From a virus (lineage: Duplodnaviria; Caudoviricetes), in IMG/VR virus record IMGVR_UViG_3300007231_000016, positions 1 through 36,818 of that record: a stretch of 36,818 nucleotides of DNA; one strand, 5' to 3'. Each line of letters opens with the position of its first letter. Position 1 is the stretch's first letter. The notes under the pieces are model-generated. The model was not told the DNA's origin. It did not search any database and saw only the letters and a list, made by a program, of their open reading frames with translations. A program made the translations under genes and the position numbers. This document shows positions 16,728 to 25,500 of this stretch, in pieces.

Positions 16728-17536
16728 TTCAGAAACACCTATTTAGTACGAAACTTCACTAGTCTTCTAGCGTTTTGCTAGGCACCCTATTTATTACTAA
16801 TTAAGGGTACGGAATCTAATTGAGCTTAGATTTTTGCAGCAACCTCGAACCCGGTACTCTGCCGAGACGGGTACCCGCATATACACTGTTTATCGGTGTT
16901 TTAGCTAGTTTGGTTCAATGGTTTGGGTTGTTTGTGTAGTGGTTTTTTGAGGTGTTTTGTGGGTGTGTTGTTTGGTGTTGTGGGTTTGTTGTGGGTGGGG
17001 GGATTTTTTGTGACGTATTTGGTGGGTTGTTGGAGTAGGTTAGCCCCCCCCCTCTGGGGAGGAACTTACATTACGGTTGGCGTATTCGGAGCCGTGCCGT
17101 CGTTGTTAGCCAACAAGGGATTAGTTTGTTGGAAGGCCGGTGTGTAAGGTAGAGTGTTGTGTTGTGACTGCCCAGGCTTCCCATTACCAGTCGTTCTACT
17201 TTTTGGGATATTTTTTGAACGCCTATGCAAGATTTGTTCGTAGGCGTTGTTGACTGGTATCCGTTTGACGGGCTACTCCCCCTACCGTCGATAGGTTCGG
17301 GGGGCGGTTTCTCACCGTGCAACCCTATTCTCCCTTGGGTTAGGGCCGATCTTTCTCGGTGTCGTGGTTCTTAATGCTACTATACCCTTTTTGTTTGTGG
17401 GTGACTAGCTGTGTGAACGGTTTTTTAAAGTTTTATGTTGGGGCACGTTTTCCACAGGTACCATATTAGGAGTATTAGGGATGCGGCTACTAGTAGCCAT
17501 GTTATGGTTACGATTATGTTGCCGAACCACAAGGTG
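16728..17536. other. Large non-coding control region (candidate origin, packaging or terminus region)
   Basis: About 800 bp without a credible CDS between the arms, with short palindromes and an extreme G/T-skewed tract. Confidence 0.5.
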
Positions 17537-17863
17537 TTAGCATCCGGCTTCGCGTTTTAGGTGTTCCCAAACGCCCCATTGTTCTTCGCTCCATTTGGTG
17601 TTTACTGTGTTGAGGAAGCTAGAGCAGTCTTTGTTTTCGATTGGTAGTTTTACGGAGGCGTCCCCTATTTGTATAGTGTTTTCGCGTGTTAGGGGATGGT
17701 ATTGTTTGGTTGGTTGTTGAATTTCGGAGTCCGGCCAGAGCATCATGACTGCTGTAATTGCGCCTGCTATTGCTACGCCCACAGCAGAAAGACCTTTGAC
17801 AATTTTTTTTATGGCGTCAGCCCAAGCGTCTGCTTGTTGTCCTACCTCTTCTGCTTGCATCAT
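17537..17863 (-). CDS. Membrane-anchored hypothetical protein
   Basis: 108 aa, one transmembrane segment (LSAVGVAIAGAITAVMMLW), two Cys in the C-terminal domain. Confidence 0.6.
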   Translation of the reverse strand: MMQAEEVGQQADAWADAIKKIVKGLSAVGVAIAGAITAVMMLWPDSEIQQPTKQYHPLTRENTIQIGDASVKLPIENKDCSSFLNTVNTKWSEEQWGVWEHLKREAGC

Positions 17864-17904
17864 TCCAGAATATCACACCTGTTTGTACACTAAAAATTTT
17901 TTCC

Positions 17905-17913
17905 TGCTATCTT
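17905..17913 (+). promoter_or_regulatory. Possible extended -10 promoter for the late arm
   Basis: TGcTATCTT 8 nt upstream of ATG 17922, which has no RBS (near-leaderless). Confidence 0.35.
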
Positions 17914-17921
17914 ATTTTGGT

Positions 17922-18038
17922 ATGGCTAATTTTCATTTATCGATGTGTGCAGGCCAACAGTTTAAAGTTAAACCTATTAAAAGGCCGTACCGTAAAGAGG
18001 CTTATCATGTGTTACCTAAAGAACCGGCGTTTATTTAA
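17922..18038 (+). CDS. Small hypothetical peptide (38 aa)
   Basis: MANFHLSMCAGQQFKVKPIKRPYRKEAYHVLPKEPAFI, TAATG-coupled to the next ORF. Confidence 0.4.
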   Translation: MANFHLSMCAGQQFKVKPIKRPYRKEAYHVLPKEPAFI

Positions 18039-18160
18039 TGGCTGAAGAGTTTGATGAGTTGCCTACAGAAATGATGGGGGAACGGTATGATCCGTTTGAA
18101 GATGACACCCCAATTGAATGCGGGTTAGAAAACCCTGAAGTTTGCGAGTCTTGCCAGTAA
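18038..18160 (+). CDS. 40-aa acidic peptide resembling the RNR alpha C-terminal Cys tail, absent from the ORF track
   Basis: MAEEFDELPTEMMGERYDPFEDDTPIECGLENPEVCESCQ*. Confidence 0.65.
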   Translation: MAEEFDELPTEMMGERYDPFEDDTPIECGLENPEVCESCQ

Positions 18161-18193
18161 GGTAAGTAATACCCCTAACAGAAACGGAAGACA

Positions 18194-18388
18194 ATGGGAC
18201 AAGATAAAACTAGTGGACGAGTTCCACCTGGAGCATCACCAGCACATCATCGTCAAGGTTACAACGATCGTCTTAATGAATCTCTTGCTATGGCTCATGG
18301 CAAAAAAAGTCAGTCGTTAAAATCTCGTCGTGACGAATCACGAGGCGCACGTAAACCTAAAGGATCTTTTGGTTTCGGTAAGCGTTAG
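18194..18388 (+). CDS. Small basic protein
   Basis: 64 aa, K/R-rich, QGYNDRLNESL...SRRDESRG, upstream of terminase. Confidence 0.65.
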   Translation: MGQDKTSGRVPPGASPAHHRQGYNDRLNESLAMAHGKKSQSLKSRRDESRGARKPKGSFGFGKR

Positions 18389-18401
18389 TTAAGGGGATCA
18401 T

Positions 18402-20348
18402 ATGCCTTCGGGCAAAGCTATTACTGTAGAAAAATGGACACAGTTCTTGGCGCTGCGTCGTGCTGGTAACTCTATGTACGGCGCAGCTAAAGAATGCGAA
18501 ATATCTTACCATGCTTGTCGAGATGCAGAAACTGGGGGCAAAGCACCCCGTAACTATCTGGCTGCTAAAGAGACGTTAGGTAATCAAGGCCCTTCTGGGG
18601 TACCTAACTATGAAGATCTTAAACCTGAAGCTCAAGCAGCATATGATAACATAGAAGTTTTTGCTAGACGCTATTTTGGTATTGTGTTGCAGCCTTGGCA
18701 GATAGAAGCCACGGAACGCATTATGGGCTTAATGGAAACGGAATACGAAGAGTACGCTGTTATTAACGCTCCTCCTGGCTGCGGTAAATCAACGTTTTTT
18801 GCTAAAGTTTTACCTGCTTGGGCTACTGTCAGGAACCGTGCTATTCGTGGCATGATTGGTTCTTCGTCACAACGCCTAGCAGAATGGTACTCCCGTAGAT
18901 TAAGATCAGAGTTGGATCGTGCTCATCCAGTCAAAGCTGAACTAAACGACGTTCGTTTAGGGCTAGCGGTAGACGCAGAGGCCACAATCCAAGAAGACTT
19001 CGGTATGTTCAAACCAGACTCGTCTGAAATTTGGCGTTCCGAAGCTTTCACTGTGCTACAACAAGGTGACGCTCCTCTTTCTCAGAAAGAGCCAACATGG
19101 TCAGCGTTCGGAATGGACTCCGGTTTTCTCGGCGGTCGTTTCGATCTGGTTATCTGGGACGACGTTTATGATCCTCGCAAAATGCGATCTTCTGAAGCCC
19201 GTTCCGACATGCAACGATGGTGGGATGAAGTAGCAGAAACTCGGTTAGAGCCGGGCGGGCTGCTTATCTTGCAAGGTCAGCGCATGTCAGCTGATGACAT
19301 TTACCGTTATGCGTTAGACAAAGTAGCTCCCCCTGACGATCTAGAACTTGAGGAGTTTGACCCCGACGATGCCCCAGACGAATGGCGAAAATACCATCAT
19401 CTCAAATATCCGGTCCACTATGAAGACCGTTGTAAAGGCGATCACAAACCTGACGCCACACCTTGGCCCGAAGGGTGCTTACTTTACCCTCGTCGATTGC
19501 CGTGGAGACGACTTAGACACATTAAAGCGCAAACTCCAGACAGATTTGAAGTCCTGTATCAGCAATCGGACATAAACCCGGCCAGTGTACTTGTTGACCC
19601 TCTGTGGGTAAGTGGCGGTCTTGGATCTGACGGTGTTGACTATGTTGGTTGTTGGGATAATGACCGTGATCTTTGGGAACTTCCGCAAGGGGTTTCTGGT
19701 GACATGTTTGTTGTAGCAACCGCTGATCCTTCACCTTCACAATTCTGGGCTTTGCAATGCTGGGCCTATAATCCTGAAACTGAGTTCCGTTATTTGTTGG
19801 AATCGTACCGTCGTAAGATGGACGCTCCATCATTTTTGGATTGGAATCATAGCGAGCAAAAGTTCACTGGGGTTGCTGAGGATTGGTGGCAGATCACTAA
19901 CGATATGGGTCGTCCTTTGACTCATTGGATTATTGAAGCTAACGCTGCACAAAAATTTATTTTACAATATGACCATTTTAAACGGTGGGCTGCGATGCGA
20001 GGTGTGCAACTTGTTCCGCATTATACACATTCCAGAAATAAGGGAGACCCTAAGTATGGTGTCCAAATGTTGGCTCCGTTATGGCGGGTAGGTCGTATAC
20101 GTTTGCCAGGGAAACAGAACACAGATGCCCGTCCGCATTCGCTTTTGTTGATAAATGAAGTGACTCGATGGAACCCGGAAGGTACTGGTTCTCGCACAGA
20201 TGACTGTGTTATGGCACAATGGTTCTTGGAACATAATTTAGAGAAATTGTATGTCCCTAAGATTGATGGGCCTAAACAGTGGCGTCCGTCGTGGGTTTCA
20301 GGGCAAGATGTAGAAGGGGACTATTCGTATGCGAGGTCTGTTAGATGA
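18402..20348 (+). CDS. terL: Terminase large subunit with N-terminal HTH extension
   Basis: LQPWQ adenine-binding motif, Walker A PPGCGKST, Walker B LVIWDD, nuclease TADP...IEAN...DDCVMA, upstream of portal. Confidence 0.9.
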   Translation: MPSGKAITVEKWTQFLALRRAGNSMYGAAKECEISYHACRDAETGGKAPRNYLAAKETLGNQGPSGVPNYEDLKPEAQAAYDNIEVFARRYFGIVLQPWQIEATERIMGLMETEYEEYAVINAPPGCGKSTFFAKVLPAWATVRNRAIRGMIGSSSQRLAEWYSRRLRSELDRAHPVKAELNDVRLGLAVDAEATIQEDFGMFKPDSSEIWRSEAFTVLQQGDAPLSQKEPTWSAFGMDSGFLGGRFDLVIWDDVYDPRKMRSSEARSDMQRWWDEVAETRLEPGGLLILQGQRMSADDIYRYALDKVAPPDDLELEEFDPDDAPDEWRKYHHLKYPVHYEDRCKGDHKPDATPWPEGCLLYPRRLPWRRLRHIKAQTPDRFEVLYQQSDINPASVLVDPLWVSGGLGSDGVDYVGCWDNDRDLWELPQGVSGDMFVVATADPSPSQFWALQCWAYNPETEFRYLLESYRRKMDAPSFLDWNHSEQKFTGVAEDWWQITNDMGRPLTHWIIEANAAQKFILQYDHFKRWAAMRGVQLVPHYTHSRNKGDPKYGVQMLAPLWRVGRIRLPGKQNTDARPHSLLLINEVTRWNPEGTGSRTDDCVMAQWFLEHNLEKLYVPKIDGPKQWRPSWVSGQDVEGDYSYARSVR

Positions 20349-22105
20349 AAACAGTTACAGAGATAGTCGCCATTTACGGTGCGAGGGCACAAGCAACTGA
20401 CCAAATAAAAGGTCGGATGCGTAACCTTCGAGATTACTATAACGGAGATGTTATAGTTCCGCTACCTGAATTAAATTCTGATGAGCAGTCAGCAGTAGCT
20501 AACTTGTTAGCTCAAGGTTTAGATCAGACTGCTATGAGAATAGCGTCTACTCGACCTGACATTTATTGTCCTCCTGCGGATGTTGCCCGTAAACGGTCTC
20601 GCGATAACTCTGAAATTAAACGCAAAGCTTTATTTGGCTGGTGGGAAAACAGTCGCATGGATTTGCAAATGTCAAAACGTGCTAGGTATCTGATTGGGTA
20701 CGCTACTACTGTTTCTCATTTGCGATGGAACGCTACTGCTCAATGCCCAGAATGGCATTTGCGTGATCCGTTGACTGCTTACCCTGCGACATTGCTGGGT
20801 GTAGAAGATATGCGTCCAAGAGATTGCATTTTTGCGTATGAACGTCCTCTCGGATATTTGCACCAAATGTATCCTCAAGCGGCTTCGGTGTTTCAATCAA
20901 ACAGCGACGCTGGGCCTGATCAAGCTATTGAAATGATTGAGTACGTTGACGCTGAAGAGACTGTTCTTATAGCTATGCGTGGACCGGTGCAAACCGGTTT
21001 GTTTGGTACGTCGTCTACTATGGACGATAACATAGTTTTAGAATTAGAACGTGTCCCTAATCGTTTAGGGCAAGCTCCTGTGGTGTGCGCTCAGCGCATT
21101 TCATTGGATGGGGCGCAAGGCCAATTCGATGGCATCCTCGGCATGTATCAGATGCAAGCTCGATTAATGGCGCTTGAAGTAATAGCGGTGCAAAAAGGAG
21201 TTTTCCCTGACACCTGGCTTGTTGGCCGAGCAGGTGAGACACCGCAGATTGTTAATCCAGCAGATGGGTTAACTGGCGAAGTTGGTGTTATCCGTGGTGG
21301 CGATCTTAAAGATATGGCTTTGCAACCTGGGTATATGACTAACCCTGCGATTGACCGGTTGGAACGGGCGCAACGTTTGACGGCTGGTATTCCGGCTGAG
21401 TTTGGTGGAGAGTCTTCTACCAACATTAGGACTGGTCGCCGTGGTGATGCTGTGCTTTCAGCGGCAGTTGATTTCCCTGTGCAAGAAGCTCAACGGATTA
21501 TGTCCCGTGCTTTGCAGGAAGAAAACAAGATTGCTATTGACATGGCTAAAGCTTATGCAGGTAATAGATCTCACACATTTTACATTACGGCTAAAAACGC
21601 TAAAGGTTCTGTAGAGTACACTCCGAACGTAAACTTTGACACTAACGATAACATTGTTACTTACAGTCAAGCTGGGGCCGATATTAATAACCTTGTTATT
21701 GGTGGCGGCCAGCGTGTCGGTATGGGCACTATGTCTAAACGTTCGTTTATGGCGATTGATCCTTTGGTTGAAGATCCAGAGTTTGAGCATGATGCGGTTA
21801 TTGCTGAGCAGTTAGAAGAAGCTTTGTTGCAGTCTATTCAGCAGCAAGCTATGGAGGGTTCTATTCCTCCAGCGGATCTTGCTCGTATTATGAGTCTTGT
21901 TGCTAACAATCAGAAAGAGTTAGCTGAAGCTGTTGAGCAGGTTCAGAAAGAAGCGCAAGAGCGTCAAGCTGAGCAAGTTGATGCGGCTGCGCCGGAAGCT
22001 CAACCTGGGTTGGCTATGCCAGGGATGGGTGCGGAAGGTCGATCAGTTGCTGCTCCCCCAGGCCAAGCAGGTGGGGATCTTGGTGCGTTGCTTGGTGCGC
22101 TGTAA
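20345..22105 (+). CDS. Portal protein
   Basis: 586 aa directly after terL, with RDYYNG, a helical core and a Q/A-rich tail. Confidence 0.8.
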   Translation: MKTVTEIVAIYGARAQATDQIKGRMRNLRDYYNGDVIVPLPELNSDEQSAVANLLAQGLDQTAMRIASTRPDIYCPPADVARKRSRDNSEIKRKALFGWWENSRMDLQMSKRARYLIGYATTVSHLRWNATAQCPEWHLRDPLTAYPATLLGVEDMRPRDCIFAYERPLGYLHQMYPQAASVFQSNSDAGPDQAIEMIEYVDAEETVLIAMRGPVQTGLFGTSSTMDDNIVLELERVPNRLGQAPVVCAQRISLDGAQGQFDGILGMYQMQARLMALEVIAVQKGVFPDTWLVGRAGETPQIVNPADGLTGEVGVIRGGDLKDMALQPGYMTNPAIDRLERAQRLTAGIPAEFGGESSTNIRTGRRGDAVLSAAVDFPVQEAQRIMSRALQEENKIAIDMAKAYAGNRSHTFYITAKNAKGSVEYTPNVNFDTNDNIVTYSQAGADINNLVIGGGQRVGMGTMSKRSFMAIDPLVEDPEFEHDAVIAEQLEEALLQSIQQQAMEGSIPPADLARIMSLVANNQKELAEAVEQVQKEAQERQAEQVDAAAPEAQPGLAMPGMGAEGRSVAAPPGQAGGDLGALLGAL

Positions 22106-22221
22106 TGCCAAGAAAAGGTAAAGGATCTAAGATTATGCAGTTTAAACCTTTGTCTAATGATTCTACTGATTGCATTGTGTGCGGTTACCCTAAAGAATGG
22201 AAAGTTCATCATCATGGCTGA
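22105..22221 (+). CDS. 38-aa peptide with CxxC...H, absent from the ORF track
   Basis: MPRKGKGSKIMQFKPLSNDSTDCIVCGYPKEWKVHHHG*, TAATG-coupled to portal. Confidence 0.55.
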   Translation: MPRKGKGSKIMQFKPLSNDSTDCIVCGYPKEWKVHHHG

Positions 22222-22552
22222 AAGCGGATTTACAGGTCAAGGTTATGGTCAAGCTAAAGCTCAAGAAGAAGCGTTAGCTGCGGTTCCTATGGAAGAAGCT
22301 ATTAGCCCAATGGCTGCACCTAAAATGGTTCCTGGCGGTGATGGTCCGTTAAATCGTCCTAGCCAGTTACCTCAACAACCAATTATGAGTATGTCGGATG
22401 CACAGCCAGTAGCAACTATCCCACAGAAAAGCACTAACGTGGCTCGGATTTTACCTGCAATGTTGCAACTTGCTTCTTCCCCTATGGCTTCTCCTTCTAC
22501 TCGAAAGATAGTTCGGGCTATGCAACAATTAGTTCCAGAACAGGACAGCTAA
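22214..22552 (+). CDS. Hypothetical virion protein (P/A/Q-rich)
   Basis: ATG 22214 overlaps the upstream stop. TGQGYGQAKAQ...LNRPSQLPQQP. Confidence 0.6.
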   Translation: MAESGFTGQGYGQAKAQEEALAAVPMEEAISPMAAPKMVPGGDGPLNRPSQLPQQPIMSMSDAQPVATIPQKSTNVARILPAMLQLASSPMASPSTRKIVRAMQQLVPEQDS

Positions 22553-25500
22553 TGGGTTGGGGTTTTGTAGAAAAAATTGGTAAAGGTTTGTATCAAACTA
22601 CAGCTAAATCTATTGAGTTTGTTACTGACATTATCCAAGAAGGTTTAACAGACGAAGACGAATTTGAAGGCGACGGAATAGCTGACACTATATGGGGGTC
22701 TTGGAATGACAACATCCTTGGGAAAGATGGCGCTATGCAAGGCGCTATTGGTCCTGAAGGTGTTGGCGGTACTATTATTGGTGCAATCCCGGAACAACAA
22801 CGTCAACAAATAAAAAGTGTTATTACTCCTGTTTTTGACACTATGGATTATCTTTATCAAAATGTTGTTGATGATCCGCTTAGTGCAGGAGTTTTAGTTT
22901 TTGACGGGGCTTTATCTTCAGGTGGAGATTGGTCAACCATTTTTAATGGTAACACTTGGAAACAAGCTTTTGATATTGCAGAAACTCGTAGCCTTGGACA
23001 AGCGTTAACTTTAGCTGCTTTAGTAAATAACCCTTACGATGAAGCTGAAGTTTTAGAAGCAAAACAAACTGGCTTGTTTAATATGATGTCAGGCAGCATT
23101 GATTTGTTTGCTAACATTGCTTTAGATCCTTTAGCTTGGGCAGGGAAACCGGCAATGCTTGCCGCAAAGTATGCTCGCAATGGGCGATTTGTTGATGTAG
23201 CTAATGCGGGTCGAACGTTTCGCAATCCTTTAAATTTAGCTACTGGTGGTGCCGAGTTTGTAAAGACTAGACGTTTCCAACGTTTCCAAGAACGTATAGA
23301 TGGTATGGCTAATGACATAAGCGAAGGGTTAACAGATCGTCTTACTAACAAAAAACCTTTGAGTGGTGAAGACATTGGATTTGTTGATCAGTTAGCAGGT
23401 CAAGTCTTTAAAGAATTTAAAAACGTGCCTGGCATGACAGAAGAGTTAGCTTATGCTGTTTCTCGTTATACGGGGGAGAATCGTTCTTTAGTTGCTCGTT
23501 TAGCTATGGGAGATAATTCGGCTTTGCGTTCTATTGAAGATACAGCTAGCCAATGGGTAAAATCTGCTGAGAATTCAGATGGGGCGTTAACTAGAGTTAG
23601 TGAGTTAGAAAAAGAAATAGATGATCTTGTTGACCAATTAGATAATCTTTCTGACGACGCTTTCCCTCAAACGTTGCAAGGTTTAAAAGACGATATTAGT
23701 ACTAAACAAAATGATTTAGATGTAGCAGAAAAAGATTTGCTTGATTCTCTTAACGAAATGCCAAGCGAACTTCCGTTTGTAGATGCTTTAAATATTCGTG
23801 AATTAAAACTTCGGGATTTGCCTAAGTTAGCAGACGAAGTTGCAGACACAGCTTCTGAAAACGCTCGGTTAGCAGTTTTAAACGAGAATCCTTATTTGGT
23901 TCAAGCTGCTGCTGATCAGATTATGTTACAGGTAACAGGGGCAATAGACGATGGGATTGGCGCATTAAGTAAACCTTTAAGTGTTTCTATGGTTGGGAAT
24001 TTAGGGTATGGCGTAAAAACGTTTGTGTCTAACACGCCTTTTCTTGGGACAGCAACATCGTTTACTGGTCGCAAATTAACTGTCTTTAGCGAAAAAGTTC
24101 CTCAACAAATTATGAATTGGGATGACCCAAGTCAATCTTTTGGACAATTTGAAAAGATGATTCGTGATGCAAGCAGAGTTACAACTAAACGGTTTGGTAG
24201 GGGAAATAAAGGTGTTGAAGGTAAACAAAATTTGATGGACAAAGTTGGGTTAAACCCTGACGAGTTGTTGGGCCAATGGGCTAGAAAAACTACTCAGCAA
24301 AGTAAACAAAGATTATTTCAAGAAACAACAGACAAACTTAATAAAGGTATTGTAGATCTATACGGCGATAATGTTCTTAGAGGTTATAAAGACGCTGAAA
24401 AATTGCAGATAATGAATTTTGCTTTGCAAAAAATGAAAGGCGATTTAAGTTCTGCTCAAACAACTTTAAGAAGTCAAGCAGCTAATGCTCGTATTTACGG
24501 AAACAACGCTGGCATTAGTTTTACAATAGCGGAAGAAGGCGCTAAGTCTGTTCAACGGCAATTACATAATTTTACTCCGCAACAGTTAGCACAATCTTCT
24601 TTAGTGCCTAGATATGATTTAATTGCTAATTTGTTTGATCAAGGTGGTTTAAGGAAAGCAACTGGCAACTCCCAGGAAGTACTGGGGGAACTTATGTCTG
24701 TTTGGAAAAAGTCAGTGCTTCTTCGTCCTGCTTGGCCCATCCGAGTTTTGTCAGATGAACTTGCTCGTTCTGCTGCGTTACTAGGAGGGATCGAAACGTT
24801 GCAAGGGGCTATGAGAGGTTTTAACGATTTACGTGCTCAATGGTTTGCACGTAATGGTGAAGATGTGATGACACCTTCGTTAGCTAAAATGAGAACTGCT
24901 TTAAAAGACAAAGGTGTTAAGGATGTGGACTTACTAGATAAAGGTGAGTTGTACGAACGTTATCTAGTAGATGTAGCAGACGGTTCTCAAAAAGCAGTAA
25001 CTAAATTAGTTAAAAATACTATTTCAGAAGAGTACGGTAAACGAAGAATAAGAAATCGTACTGGCGCTTTTACTGCTGTCGGGTATTTCGCTATGGGGCC
25101 AGCAGGTTTAGCTGCTGCTGGTTTGTACAATTTGTATGCTAGAAAGTCTATGCAAAAGTTAGCTATAAAAGAAATAGGTCAAAACTTTGCGTATCAATTA
25201 AGAGATGTGGCTAAAGGTCAGTTAGGTGATGAGATAGCAGAACTTAGGCGCAGGGCGGACGATCCTGTTGATGCTTTAACTGCTGCTGAATCTGCTGATC
25301 AAATAGAAGATTTGCGGAACGCTGCTGATCTTTTAGAGATACAATCTAAAACATTATTAGGGGGATATAGGGTAAGAGATCTTAGTCCTTCTTATAAAAC
25401 TCGTGAGTCTACAAAAAGGCAACAACGGGAACTTGATCGCATTTACGGAAAAGTAGATGAAAGTGAACGTTCTGCTGCTTTAGTTAATTTTGATCGTGTT

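Noticed and set aside
16923-17147. 74-aa hydrophobic ORF
   Set aside because: An artefact of the G/T-only tract, which lacks stop codons. No RBS.
17071-17322. 83-aa minus-strand ORF
   Set aside because: TTG start, no convincing RBS or protein-like features. Treated as non-coding, though not excluded.
16728-17536. tRNA or attP in the non-coding region
   Set aside because: No cloverleaf with D and T-loop consensus was recognised and there is no integrase.
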